Of a stretch of DNA of 64,000 nucleotides, positions 1 to 9,619 are shown in pieces. The notes below the pieces were generated by a model. It ran no database searches, had not been told where the DNA came from, and worked only from the letters and a program-made list of their open reading frames with translations. The position numbers and the translations under genes are program-made. This DNA is from Acidobacteriota bacterium (lineage in GTDB: Bacteria; Acidobacteriota; UBA6911; RPQK01; JAJDTT01), in the NCBI GenBank assembly GCA_965209055.1, contig OZ242374.1:704001-768000 (forward strand), written 5' to 3'. Positions within the stretch are counted from its first letter, which is position 1. The number at the start of each line of letters is the position of its first letter.

Positions 1-930
1 GACGTCGAGACCTGGAACACGACGCCCATCGACTTCCGGCCGCTGGGTTCCCGGGGCATGGAGCATCCGTACGTCTACTGCTACAACGACTACAACACCT
101 TTATCGAGAAGCCTGACGGCACTCTGATGTTCTCGGTGGGCTTGCGCTACGACGGCTCCTATTACAAAGACCCGAAGAACCGGATCGACGGTCTCATGCG
201 GTCCGATCTGGACTTCGGGGGAGAGACCATCTTCCGCTCCACCGACGGTGGCAAGACCTGGGGGGACGTAACCATCATGCACCCTCACGTCACCGAGGTG
301 GGACACGCCCTGGATCCCTTCGATCCCAACCGGATCCTCTCCATGACCCGTACCCAGCGGGAGCTCCTCCACGGCGAGGATCGGGAGGCGACCATCCGTA
401 GAACCGGCGCCCCCGACGATATGCCCTCCGACATGCCCTCCATCTACAAGAACGGCCTCCTGATGGGATCGACCGACGGCGGACGGACGTTTCATGAGGT
501 GTCGGGCGGCTTGACCGAGTTCTACGGCCACCGGGCGACCATCGTCTGGGGCAGCAACAACGTGGTCGTGGTCGCCGCCAACTTTCAACGCAAGAACTCC
601 AGCCGGGTCTTGAGAATCAGCTTGGACGGGGGGCGGACCTGGGTGGACGGGACTGCGGGAGGCACCGGAGAATTCAATCAGGCGAAGAAGTTCCCACTCC
701 TCACGCCTCCCCTCACCGTCTCCTTCACCAGTCCCATGCTGGAGTTGTCGCCCAATCACTTCATGTCGGTCTATGCCTACTGGGATAACGAGTCGCTGAA
801 GCGATACTACGAGGCGCCCAAGAATCCGTGCCCGCAGGGAACCGAAGTCGGAGACTGCCCCTGGTTGGGGCTGCGGGCGGTCTTCTGGCGCCTGGAGAAC
901 GCCCCGCCGGAACCGGCCGAGGCGGGGTGA
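1..930 (+). CDS. Sialidase/BNR (Asp-box) repeat protein, 5' partial
   Basis: Frame is open from base 1. Asp-box motifs RSTDGGKTW, STDGGRTF and SLDGGRTW. Confidence 0.75.
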   Translation, partial: DVETWNTTPIDFRPLGSRGMEHPYVYCYNDYNTFIEKPDGTLMFSVGLRYDGSYYKDPKNRIDGLMRSDLDFGGETIFRSTDGGKTWGDVTIMHPHVTEVGHALDPFDPNRILSMTRTQRELLHGEDREATIRRTGAPDDMPSDMPSIYKNGLLMGSTDGGRTFHEVSGGLTEFYGHRATIVWGSNNVVVVAANFQRKNSSRVLRISLDGGRTWVDGTAGGTGEFNQAKKFPLLTPPLTVSFTSPMLELSPNHFMSVYAYWDNESLKRYYEAPKNPCPQGTEVGDCPWLGLRAVFWRLENAPPEPAEAG

Positions 931-1065
931 TCATCCGGAGGGTTCTCCGGAACCGCGGTCCAGCTCCCAGAAATACCTCTCATGGCGCCTCTCGGAACGA
1001 GGCTGCCAAATCCGGGCGTCCCATTCCTCAGTCCTCTCAATAGGGGACTGCTAAAATGGTTTCAA

Positions 1066-2646
1066 ATGAGACGGCCTTTTAGAGCCGGCATCCTCTGTCT
1101 CCTGGTATTGCAGCTTTCCGTCCCGCTGTTCTCCTCGTCGGACGGAAACAGCATGTTCCTGCGCATTCTCGTGGTGCGCAACTTATCTTTAGCCGAGCAG
1201 ATCCTCCAAGAACTTGGCCAGGGTGCATCTTTTGCGGATCTGGCGCGCCAGCATTCCATCGACCGTTCGGCTGCGGACGGCGGCTATTTGGGAAACATTT
1301 CTCCGACACGGATGAACCGGGAGTTTCAACAGGCGGCCCAGGACCTGGCACCCGGTGCCCACAGCTCCATCTTTCGGTCCGGATACGACTACGCGTTGCT
1401 CTATCGCATGCCGGCTGACTTCCAGGAGCGCGCTCGCGGTCTGGAGGAAGAAGGAGACCGGTTTCGCGAACAGGGGGAGTGGGACCGGGCCATCGAGATC
1501 TACCGCGAAGCATTGGACCTGGATCCCAACTTTGCCGAAGCACTGGCCAAGCTCGGCTCTTCGTATGCCCGGGTCGGCAAGGTCGCGGATGCCCGTACGG
1601 CCTTCTTCCGTGCCTACCGGCTCGCCCCCGATTCGGCCCGGGTCCTATATGGCTTCGGGAAATTCCTGGTTTCCCAAGGTCAATTGCGGACAGCCGAGGG
1701 CCACTTGAGGCGTGCGTCGGATCTGGACCCCGACCTGACCCAGTTGGCAGCCGTCGAGATCTCGGCGGGACAAGTGGAACAGGCCTTGATGCGCAGTCCC
1801 AGCGATCCCAAGTTGCTTATCCTCAAGTCCCGGTTTTCCTTCGAGCGGGGTGACCTGGAGCTGTCTTCGGCCGTGCTGGACAAAGTGGACCGGACTACTC
1901 TCGACAATCAAATGAGCTTGAGGCTGGCGGAGCAACTCTTTTGGCTGGCACGCTCCGACGAGGCCCTCGCGCTACTGGCACGACTCACGCTCAACCCGGA
2001 AGAAAAGGAGGAAGCGGCCCGAATTCTCATTCGGTTCAAATACAACGACGAAGGGGAACGGATATTGAAGCCCCTCTCCGCCTCCTCGGCCCAGTTGAAA
2101 TTGGTCGAACTCTATGTGAACCAAAGCCGCTTCCAGGAGGCGAAAGAAGTCCTCGAACGAGTCACGGCACGGAACCCCGGAAACTGGGAAGCGCGCTACT
2201 ATCTGGGTTCCACCATGAACTCCCTGGACCAGTTCGACCAGGCTACCGATACCCTGCTCGAGGCCCTGCGGCTCCGACCCGGCCAGGAGGAAATTTTTCA
2301 TCAGCTGGCCAGCGCCCATTCCCGGTCGGGCCAGACCGGCAAAGCGTTGGAGTGGTTGGATGAAGGAATCGAGTTGAACCCGGATTCCTTCCTGCTCCAT
2401 CTGGAGAAGGGGCGAATCCTGATGAAGGGGAAGGAGGTCAGAGGGGCCCTTGAGCATCTTCAGAAGGCTCTGGCCCAACATCCCGACCACGTGGAAACCC
2501 ACTATCTACTGGGAAGACTCCACCACCGGCTGAAAGACCCCTCCACCGCCCGGACATACTTCGACCGGTTCGACATGCTGCAGAAGAGAAAGCCCAAGTC
2601 CAGCCGCAAGCCGGGAATGAGAAAGATCGACCCGAGCCTCCCATAG
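1066..2646 (+). CDS. Parvulin/PpiC-type peptidyl-prolyl isomerase domain fused to TPR repeats, exported
   Basis: Signal-like N-terminus from ATG 1066. Rotamase motif FADLARQHSID..SAADGGYLG, then many TPRs. Confidence 0.8.
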   Translation: MRRPFRAGILCLLVLQLSVPLFSSSDGNSMFLRILVVRNLSLAEQILQELGQGASFADLARQHSIDRSAADGGYLGNISPTRMNREFQQAAQDLAPGAHSSIFRSGYDYALLYRMPADFQERARGLEEEGDRFREQGEWDRAIEIYREALDLDPNFAEALAKLGSSYARVGKVADARTAFFRAYRLAPDSARVLYGFGKFLVSQGQLRTAEGHLRRASDLDPDLTQLAAVEISAGQVEQALMRSPSDPKLLILKSRFSFERGDLELSSAVLDKVDRTTLDNQMSLRLAEQLFWLARSDEALALLARLTLNPEEKEEAARILIRFKYNDEGERILKPLSASSAQLKLVELYVNQSRFQEAKEVLERVTARNPGNWEARYYLGSTMNSLDQFDQATDTLLEALRLRPGQEEIFHQLASAHSRSGQTGKALEWLDEGIELNPDSFLLHLEKGRILMKGKEVRGALEHLQKALAQHPDHVETHYLLGRLHHRLKDPSTARTYFDRFDMLQKRKPKSSRKPGMRKIDPSLP

Positions 2647-2704
2647 GAGCGGGGGTTGTTAACCCCCGCGTCACGGGGGGGGGACTAACAGTCCCCCCTC
2701 CTAC
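2645..2704. repeat. REP-like inverted doublet
   Basis: TAGGAGCGGGGGTTGTTAACCCCCG plus an inverted partner (GTAGGAGGGGGGACTGTTAGTCCCCCC on minus). Each unit is a hairpin; intergenic. Confidence 0.6.
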
Positions 2705-2756
2705 GCTTTACCCCCGCTCGGGGCGCAAGCTAGAATGACGCGACCCGTCTGGCGCC

Positions 2757-3962
2757 ATGAGACTTTACGAGTTTGAGTCGAAGCAGCTTCTGGCCCGGAG
2801 CGGGATCAGGGTTCCGCGATCTCAACTGATCACCGCAGCTTCCTCGGCTTCACTATCCGAAGACCTCCTCCCCGGAATCGTCAAAGTCCAGACCCTGACC
2901 GGAAAGCGCGCCCTCCGGGGCGGCATCCAGCCGGTCGACGACCTCGGCGGCGTCAGGAGCTTTGCGGGGAAGTTCCTGGAGCAGGGATTCGGGGACGAAC
3001 CCGTCGATCGCGTCCTCCTGGAAGAACGTATCGACTTCACCGAGGAGTTCTTCCTGGGCATCACCTACGACCACCGGGCCCGGAAGCCCCTCCTGCTCTT
3101 CTCCCGGTGCGGCGGCGCCAATATCGAAGAGACGGCGCGTTCCAGTCCGGACCTGGTCAAGACCCGGTTGCTGCCGCCGGGCGGCGAGGTCCGCACCTAT
3201 CAGGCGGTCGAATGGCTCTCCGCATGGGGCTTTTCCGGCAAGCTGCTGCTGCGCCTGGCCGGCTTGGTCAGCAAGATGGCCCGCCTGTTTCACCACTACG
3301 ACGCCCTGCTTCTGGAGTTCAATCCCCTGGCCAGCACGGATAAGCAGGAACTGGTGGTCCTGGACTGCCACCTGGACATCGACGACGATGCGCTGAAGCG
3401 CCAGCCGCTCGACTTCGAGGGGCTATCCAACCGGATGGAGGGCGTCCGGCAGCCGACGGAGTTCGAGCAGAAAGCCCGGGAGATCGACCAACTCGACTAC
3501 CGCGGCGTCGCCGGCAGGATGATCGAGTTCGGCGGCAACCTGGGACTCCTCATCGGGGGCGGAGGCGCCAGTCTCACCGCCTTCGACGCGGTGCGGAATT
3601 CGGGAGGGTCCCCTGCCAACTATTGCGAGATCGGCGGGAACCCGACGGTCAAGAAGGTGCAGGAACTGACCAAGCTCCTGGTAAGCCGGCCGGGAGTGGA
3701 CAAATTGGCCGTGATTATGAACGTGGTCAGCAATACACGATCGGACCTGGTGGCCCGAGGCGTGATCAAGGGGATGGTCGAGGCGGGCAAAGACCCCAGC
3801 CGGACCATTGCCGTATTTCGCCTCCCCGGCGCCGGCGAGGAAGAGTGCCGGAAGATCCTCGACCACTACGGAGTCCCTTTTTCCGGCCGGGAAGTGTCCA
3901 TTGACGAAGCCGCCGCCCTGGCGGTGGCACGGGCGGAAACACCAACCGGACACCACGCCTGA
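2757..3962 (+). CDS. Succinyl-CoA synthetase beta-like (ATP-grasp) acyl-CoA ligase subunit
   Basis: MRLYEFESKQLL N-terminus, LLEFNPL, GGSPANYCEIGG. Divergent from housekeeping SucC (GGGASL motif). Confidence 0.85.
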   Translation: MRLYEFESKQLLARSGIRVPRSQLITAASSASLSEDLLPGIVKVQTLTGKRALRGGIQPVDDLGGVRSFAGKFLEQGFGDEPVDRVLLEERIDFTEEFFLGITYDHRARKPLLLFSRCGGANIEETARSSPDLVKTRLLPPGGEVRTYQAVEWLSAWGFSGKLLLRLAGLVSKMARLFHHYDALLLEFNPLASTDKQELVVLDCHLDIDDDALKRQPLDFEGLSNRMEGVRQPTEFEQKAREIDQLDYRGVAGRMIEFGGNLGLLIGGGGASLTAFDAVRNSGGSPANYCEIGGNPTVKKVQELTKLLVSRPGVDKLAVIMNVVSNTRSDLVARGVIKGMVEAGKDPSRTIAVFRLPGAGEEECRKILDHYGVPFSGREVSIDEAAALAVARAETPTGHHA

Positions 3963-4873
3963 TGGGAATACTGATCGACCGCGGAACCACGATTCTGGTC
4001 CAAGGGATCACCGGTCGGGAAGCCAGTTTCTTCACCCGCGAATCTCTTGACTACGGCGCCCGGGTCGTAGCCGGAGTGACGCCGGGAAAGGGAGGCCAGG
4101 AGGTCTACGGAGTCCCCGTCTACGACTGTGTCAGGAACGCTCTTCGCAACCACCGCATCGACGCCGGCGTCGTCTCGGTTCCTCCCTTCGCGGTTCGGGA
4201 CGCCGCACTGGAGTCCATCGAGAGCGGAATCCGACTCCTGGTCGTCATGACCGAGCGGGTCCCCCGGCGGGACGTCGCCGCCCTGCTGGACGCCGCAGGT
4301 GAGCATGGCGCCCGCATCATCGGTCCCAACAGCCTGGGACTCATCTCTCCCGGCGAGTCCAAGCTGGGAGCCGTGGGCGGCAACGTGGAGAACACGCTTC
4401 GGACCTTCACCAAGGGTCCCGTCGGAGTCATGTCCCGCAGCGGCGGGATGACGAGCGAGTTCGCCAATATCCTGGGTCAGGAGGGGCTGGGCCAGTCCAC
4501 CTGTGTCAGCATCGGAGGCGATCCGCTCATCGGTTCCACCTTTCAGGACCTGTTCCCGTTGTTCGAGGAGGACCGCCAGACCCGGGCGGTCGCCCTCTTC
4601 TGCGAACCCGGCGGGATCATGGAGGAGGAATTCGCCCGGTTCTATTCCTCCCTCTCGAATCCGAAACCGGTGGTGGCCTTCATCGCGGGCCGTTTCGCCG
4701 ACCGGATGCCGGGAACCCGATTCGGCCACGCCGCGGTGATCGTCGAAGGGGACCGCGGCAGCACGCGGAAGAAGCGGGCGCTCCTGAAGGACGCCGGGGT
4801 CCAGGTGGCCGACCGGCTGTCGGATGTCCCGAAATTCATCAAGGAATTGCTCAAAGATGGGCATGTTCATTGA
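3962..4873 (+). CDS. Succinyl-CoA synthetase alpha-like CoA-binding subunit
   Basis: VQGITG, VAGVTPGKGG, IIGPNSLG, SRSGG and the phospho-His motif RFGHA. Coupled to the upstream gene (TGATG). Confidence 0.9.
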   Translation: MGILIDRGTTILVQGITGREASFFTRESLDYGARVVAGVTPGKGGQEVYGVPVYDCVRNALRNHRIDAGVVSVPPFAVRDAALESIESGIRLLVVMTERVPRRDVAALLDAAGEHGARIIGPNSLGLISPGESKLGAVGGNVENTLRTFTKGPVGVMSRSGGMTSEFANILGQEGLGQSTCVSIGGDPLIGSTFQDLFPLFEEDRQTRAVALFCEPGGIMEEEFARFYSSLSNPKPVVAFIAGRFADRMPGTRFGHAAVIVEGDRGSTRKKRALLKDAGVQVADRLSDVPKFIKELLKDGHVH

Positions 4874-5081
4874 GGTCTCGGTCCGGGACCCGGGCTTTCT
4901 CGAGACCGGGGAGTCCCGCAAGCTGGTGTCGGCCTGCGCCGTGAACATCTTCGAGCCGGCGGAGAGCGGAGTGACCGTCAATCGCCATCAGGAGGACGAG
5001 TGCACGCTGTGCGGCCGCTGCCTGGAGGTCGCGGCCGGCCGGCTGGAGATCGTGAAGCTCTACGAGAAGGCCGGACGATAG
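4863..5081 (+). CDS. Small 4Fe-4S ferredoxin-like protein
   Basis: ACAVNIF and CTLCGRC motifs. Overlaps the end of the alpha-subunit gene. Confidence 0.7.
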   Translation: MFIEVSVRDPGFLETGESRKLVSACAVNIFEPAESGVTVNRHQEDECTLCGRCLEVAAGRLEIVKLYEKAGR

Positions 5082-5130
5082 ACGGGATAGTGGCATTCCC
5101 CCTGCGGCGAGGCGGGGGCGAGGGAAGAGC

Positions 5131-6108
5131 ATGAGAGAGATCACCTACTCACAGGCCATCAACGAAGCGATTCGGGAAGAAATGCGCCGCGATCCGGACA
5201 TCGTCCTGCTGGGCCAGGACATCGGCGTCTACGGCGGGACCTTCGGGGTCTACCGGGGCCTCTGCGAGGAGTTCGGCGAGGACCGGGTCCGGGACGGGCC
5301 GCTCTCGGAGGCGGCCACCGCGGGCTTCGGAATCGGTCTCGCCGTAGCCGGCATGCGGGCCATCGTGGAGATCGAGTTCATGGACTTCTCTCCGCTGGTC
5401 CTGGACGCGGTGGCCAATCAGGCCTCCAAGATGCGCTATTTCTTCGGGGGCAAGGTCAAGGTCCCCCTGGTGCTCCGGATGCCCAGCGCCAGCAAGCTGG
5501 GCCTGGGCGCCCAGCATTCCCAGAGCCTCGAGTCGTGGTTCATGCACACTCCGGGACTGCTGATCGCCATGCCGTCGACCCCCTACGACGCCAAGGGATT
5601 GCTCAAGACCGCCGTTCGCCAGGACAACCCGGTCATCTTCATCGAACATGTCCGGCTCTACGCCACCAAGGGAGAGGTGCCCGAGGAGGAGTACAGCCTC
5701 CCCTTCGGCAGCGCCCGGATCGTTCGCGAAGGTTCGGACGTCACCGTGGTCGCCATCGCCATGATGGTTCAGGAGGCGGTTCAAGCCGCCAACGAACTGG
5801 AGAAGGAGGGGATCAGCGTGGAGATCATCGATCCCCGCACCCTGGCTCCCCTGGACGGCGGCACCATCGTCGAATCGGTGAAGAAGACCGGCCGCCTGCT
5901 GGTGACCCACGAGGCCTACCGGACCGCGGGCGTCGGGGCCGAGATCGGACAGGTGGCTCTGGAGGGCGCCTTCGACTACCTGGTCGCTCCCATTCGCCGC
6001 GTCGCCGGCAAGCACCAGCCGATCCCCGCCGGACCATTGCAGGACGAGGTCTTTCCCGACCGCAACAAGTTGGCCGCGGCCATCAGGGACCTCATGGAGG
6101 AGGGATAG
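5131..6108 (+). CDS. TPP-dependent 2-oxoacid/acetoin dehydrogenase E1 beta subunit
   Basis: GQDIGVYGG, PLSEA, EIEFMDF, AQHSQSLE, IIDPRTLAPLD. Confidence 0.9.
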   Translation: MREITYSQAINEAIREEMRRDPDIVLLGQDIGVYGGTFGVYRGLCEEFGEDRVRDGPLSEAATAGFGIGLAVAGMRAIVEIEFMDFSPLVLDAVANQASKMRYFFGGKVKVPLVLRMPSASKLGLGAQHSQSLESWFMHTPGLLIAMPSTPYDAKGLLKTAVRQDNPVIFIEHVRLYATKGEVPEEEYSLPFGSARIVREGSDVTVVAIAMMVQEAVQAANELEKEGISVEIIDPRTLAPLDGGTIVESVKKTGRLLVTHEAYRTAGVGAEIGQVALEGAFDYLVAPIRRVAGKHQPIPAGPLQDEVFPDRNKLAAAIRDLMEEG

Positions 6109-6113
6109 GAGTC

Positions 6114-7097
6114 ATGACAGATCAGGCTCGACACGCCGCGGCCGTCAGCCCGGACCAGGCGCTGGGCTGGTATCGCCAGATGGTCCACATCCGGAAGTTC
6201 GAGGAGAAGGTGGTGGAACTCTCCGGGAGGGGACTGGTCAGCGGTTCCACGCACCCCTGCATCGCCCAGGAGGCGGTCTCCGTGGGCTGTATTTCCGCCT
6301 TGAACGCGGAGGACCTGGTGCTGGCCACCTACCGCGGACACGGCACCTTCCTCGCCCGGGGCGGAGACCCCAAGGCCGCCATGGCCGAGATCCTCTGCCG
6401 GGAGACCGGTTGCTGCAAGGGCAAAGGGGGATCCATGCACCTGTGCGACCCCGACATCGGCTTCCTGGGGACCAACGCCATCGTGGCGGCTCACATCCCC
6501 ATCGCCTCGGGTGTCGCCCTGGCCAACCAGTTGAAGAAGAAGAATCGGGTGACCCTCTGCCTCTTCGGCGACGGGGCCTCCTGTGAAGGCGCCTTCTACG
6601 AGACCTTGAACATGGTCGCCCTCTGGAAGGTTCCGGTGGTGCTGGTCTGCGAGAACAACGGCTACGCGATTTCGGTCCCGGTGAAGAAGTCGTTGAGCGT
6701 GGCCGAGATCGCCACCCGCGCTCAAGGGTTCGACATGCCCGGCGTTTCCATCGACGGAAACGACATCGTCGAGGTCTACGAGACCACGAGACAGGCGGTG
6801 GAGCGGGCGCGCGAGGGCGGGGGGCCGACGCTGATCGAGTGCAGGACCGTGCGCTGGGAACGTCACAGCGCCCTCTCGGCCGGATTCTACGAGTCGCGCG
6901 AGGAGAGGAAACGCTGGCAGGTGGTGGATCCCATCCCCAGGTTCCGCACCGTCCTCACGGATCAGATGGCGATCCAGGCTTCGGTGCTGGAGGAGATGGA
7001 GCAGGAGGCGGAAGAGGCTGCCGAGGAAGCCGCCGAGTTCGCCATCCGGAGCCCCTTTACGGGTACGGCGCAACTCGAACAAGATATCTTTGCCTGA
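6114..7097 (+). CDS. TPP-dependent dehydrogenase E1 alpha subunit
   Basis: RBS AGGAG before ATG 6114. TYRGHG, GKGGSMH, TPP motif FGDGA...ENN. Confidence 0.9.
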   Translation: MTDQARHAAAVSPDQALGWYRQMVHIRKFEEKVVELSGRGLVSGSTHPCIAQEAVSVGCISALNAEDLVLATYRGHGTFLARGGDPKAAMAEILCRETGCCKGKGGSMHLCDPDIGFLGTNAIVAAHIPIASGVALANQLKKKNRVTLCLFGDGASCEGAFYETLNMVALWKVPVVLVCENNGYAISVPVKKSLSVAEIATRAQGFDMPGVSIDGNDIVEVYETTRQAVERAREGGGPTLIECRTVRWERHSALSAGFYESREERKRWQVVDPIPRFRTVLTDQMAIQASVLEEMEQEAEEAAEEAAEFAIRSPFTGTAQLEQDIFA

Positions 7098-7109
7098 CTG
7101 GAGGGGTTT

Positions 7110-7281
7110 GGAACGGCGGTTTCCAACCGCTGGGACGGGAATGGAGCGGCGGTTTCCACCCGCCGGGAGGGAAGGAACGGCGGTTTCCTAACCGCCGAAC
7201 TGGAGCGGCGATTTCCAATCGCCGAACTCCTGACTGACAAACTTGGCGATGAAGACCGGGCAATTGGAAATCGCCCCTCCC
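7110..7281. repeat. Cluster of REP-like palindromes (4 direct units + 1 inverted)
   Basis: Units like GGAGCGGCGGTTTCCTAACCGCCG at ~7110, 7143, 7174 and 7202, with an inverted unit at ~7258-7281. Related copies at 24500-24578 and 50954-50978. Confidence 0.8.
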
Positions 7282-7304
7282 GTTTCAAAGAAGGAGAACC
7301 TGAA

Positions 7305-8366
7305 ATGGTTGCCCAGGAATCCTCCGGTCCGAGGGTGATTCTCTGCGGTGTCGGCGGCGTCGGCCGCAGAGTCACCCGGCTGTTGAGCTTCCGTCCCGGC
7401 TACCGGATCGTGGCGGCATACACCAGGAATCCTGATCTGGCCGGTCAGGACCTGGGCCGTCTGGCCGGGATCGAACCCAATGGAGTGATCGTCACCACCG
7501 ACCGGGACGCTGCCCTGCAGCAGCCGGCCGACATCCTGATCGTCGCCACCACCTCGTTCCTGAGATTGGTGGCGCCCGAGCTGCGGGCGGCGGCGGAACA
7601 CAACCTGAACGCCATCACCACGGCCGAGGAGGCGGCCTTCCCCTGGCTGACCGACGAGGTCCTGACCGACGAACTGGACCGGTTGGCCCGGGAGCGGGGA
7701 GTGTCGCTCCTGGGGGTGGGTTTGAACCCCGGCTTCATTTTCGACGCCCTGCTGTTGACGGCCACCGGTCCGGCCTGGGATGCGCGCAGGATCCGGATCA
7801 GGCGGGTGGTGGACGTCTCCCGGTTCAGCGCCACCATCCAGCGGCGGCTGGGCATCGGTTTCTCCCGGGAGAAGTTCGAGGCGGGGGTTCAAGCCGGAAC
7901 CATATTCGGCCACATCGGGTTTCCCCAATCCTTTCACCTGGCCGCAAAATGCCTGGGCCGGACGCTGGAGGACTACCGGAAGTCGTTCGAGCCGGTCATC
8001 GCCGAGCGCCCGTTCTCCAATGACTTCCTGACGGTCCAGCCGGGCCAGACCGTAGCCTTCATCCAGCGGGACGAGGGGATCATCGGCGGAGATCCCTGGA
8101 TCGATTCCGAGTTCGTCGCCTTCATCGATCCCTCCGCCGGAGACTTCGTGGCGCAGGACTCGATTTCGATCGAGGGGTACAATCCGCTCAATCTGATCAT
8201 CCGCCCCGGCTGCCAGCCGCAGTTGGGCTCGGCAGCCATGGTGGCCAATTCCATTCCCAAGGTGATTGCGGCAGAGCCGGGGTTCCGGACCGTGGCGGAC
8301 CTCCCGCCCCTCTGTCCGCCGTTGACGCACAGCGACGGGTTGGCGGAAGCCGCCCGGAACTGGTGA
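7305..8366 (+). CDS. DapB-like/2,4-diaminopentanoate dehydrogenase (Ord)-family NAD(P)-dependent amine dehydrogenase
   Basis: Rossmann motif GVGGVG, NAITTAEE, GVGLNPGF, GHIGFPQS. Confidence 0.7.
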   Translation: MVAQESSGPRVILCGVGGVGRRVTRLLSFRPGYRIVAAYTRNPDLAGQDLGRLAGIEPNGVIVTTDRDAALQQPADILIVATTSFLRLVAPELRAAAEHNLNAITTAEEAAFPWLTDEVLTDELDRLARERGVSLLGVGLNPGFIFDALLLTATGPAWDARRIRIRRVVDVSRFSATIQRRLGIGFSREKFEAGVQAGTIFGHIGFPQSFHLAAKCLGRTLEDYRKSFEPVIAERPFSNDFLTVQPGQTVAFIQRDEGIIGGDPWIDSEFVAFIDPSAGDFVAQDSISIEGYNPLNLIIRPGCQPQLGSAAMVANSIPKVIAAEPGFRTVADLPPLCPPLTHSDGLAEAARNW

Positions 8367-8389
8367 TTCAGGGAGATCGTCCGCCGGCC

Positions 8390-9535
8390 ATGGACAAAAT
8401 ACGAGCCATCCAAGTCATTCCCCTGATTCGGCGCCTGGACCGGGTCTTCAGCGGAAGCACCTACCAGATCGTTTCGCGCAATACCATCTACGCCCGAATC
8501 GAGACCGAGGGAGGGATCGTCGGCGAGGCCTTCGGCGGGGACGAGGACATCCACCAGCAGAAGGTGGTCCAAATCGCCAACGACTGCCTGGCGCCCCGGC
8601 TGATGGGCGCCGAAATCTGGCCCGTGGAACCGCTCTGGCGAAAGATGTTCGGCACCCCCGATCTGCCGCTGCACAATCGCGGCATCCACACGCTGGACCT
8701 CCTCAACCACGCCATCCTGATGCAGGCCATCGCCATCATCGACATGGCGATCTGGGACGCCGTCGGAAAGTCCCTGGGCAAGCCGTTGTGGCAATTGCTG
8801 GGCGGTTTTCGAAGCCGGGTCCCGGTGGTCGGGATCGGCGGCTATTACAAGCCGGGGGCGTTGGACCAGTTGGGCCAGGAGATTCAACTCTGCATCGATC
8901 TGGGCCTGGCGGGAATCAAGCTGAAGGTGGGGAAGGCCTCGGTCGACGAGGACATCCGCCGGGTGGAATACATTCGGAAGCACTTTGCCGAATCCTTCGT
9001 GGTCGCCTGCGACGCGAACCAGGCGTGGACGTTCGAGCAGGCGCACCGCTTCGCACAAGGCGTCGCGGACCTGAACCTGGAGTGGCTGGAGGAACCCGTC
9101 CGTTGGTACGACCAGTTGGAGGGGTTGAAGCGGCTGAGGAGCTCGACCGCCATTCCCCTCGTCGCCGGGCAGGGGGAGATCTCCAAATGGGGCTGCCGGG
9201 ACCTGGTCCTGGGCGGCTGCGTCGACACGCTCAACGTGGACGCCACCATCGCCGCCGGCATCACCGAGTGGATGAGGATCGCTTCCTTCGCCGAAACCAT
9301 GGACATCACCATGGGTCACCATGAGGAGCCTCAAGTGGCGCTTCACATGCTGGCGGCCATTCCCAATTCCACGTATGTGGAGATCTTCCATCAGAAGGAG
9401 CGGGACCCCATGTGGTACGAGCTGGTGGAGGACCTGCCCCTCATCTCCGATGGATTCATGTATCCCAACGAAGGATCGGGACTGGGCTGGCACTACAATG
9501 CCGAGGTCATCGATCGATATGGCCAGCCGGCATAG
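8390..9535 (+). CDS. Mandelate racemase/muconate lactonizing (enolase superfamily) enzyme
   Basis: DMAIWDAVGK, KLKVG, DANQ, WLEEP, GQGE metal ligands. Confidence 0.85.
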   Translation: MDKIRAIQVIPLIRRLDRVFSGSTYQIVSRNTIYARIETEGGIVGEAFGGDEDIHQQKVVQIANDCLAPRLMGAEIWPVEPLWRKMFGTPDLPLHNRGIHTLDLLNHAILMQAIAIIDMAIWDAVGKSLGKPLWQLLGGFRSRVPVVGIGGYYKPGALDQLGQEIQLCIDLGLAGIKLKVGKASVDEDIRRVEYIRKHFAESFVVACDANQAWTFEQAHRFAQGVADLNLEWLEEPVRWYDQLEGLKRLRSSTAIPLVAGQGEISKWGCRDLVLGGCVDTLNVDATIAAGITEWMRIASFAETMDITMGHHEEPQVALHMLAAIPNSTYVEIFHQKERDPMWYELVEDLPLISDGFMYPNEGSGLGWHYNAEVIDRYGQPA

Positions 9536-9619
9536 GGTGCAGTTCTCGCCGACCCGGTTGGTCGCCTGCTTTGCAATGGTCGACAAGGCGCTGGTTCGAA
9601 GAGCCTCCCGTTCGGGACC

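Noticed and set aside
928-981. TGA 928-930 is in frame with ORF 982-2646 and followed by hairpin TCCGGAG-GGTT-CTCCGGA (possible Sec readthrough)
   Set aside because: The loop is too close to the UGA for a SECIS, the downstream gene has its own signal peptide at 1066, and no domain is split.
7110-7281. CRISPR-like array
   Set aside because: Repeats are degenerate, spacers are only ~5-10 bp, one unit is inverted and there are no cas genes. It fits REP elements.
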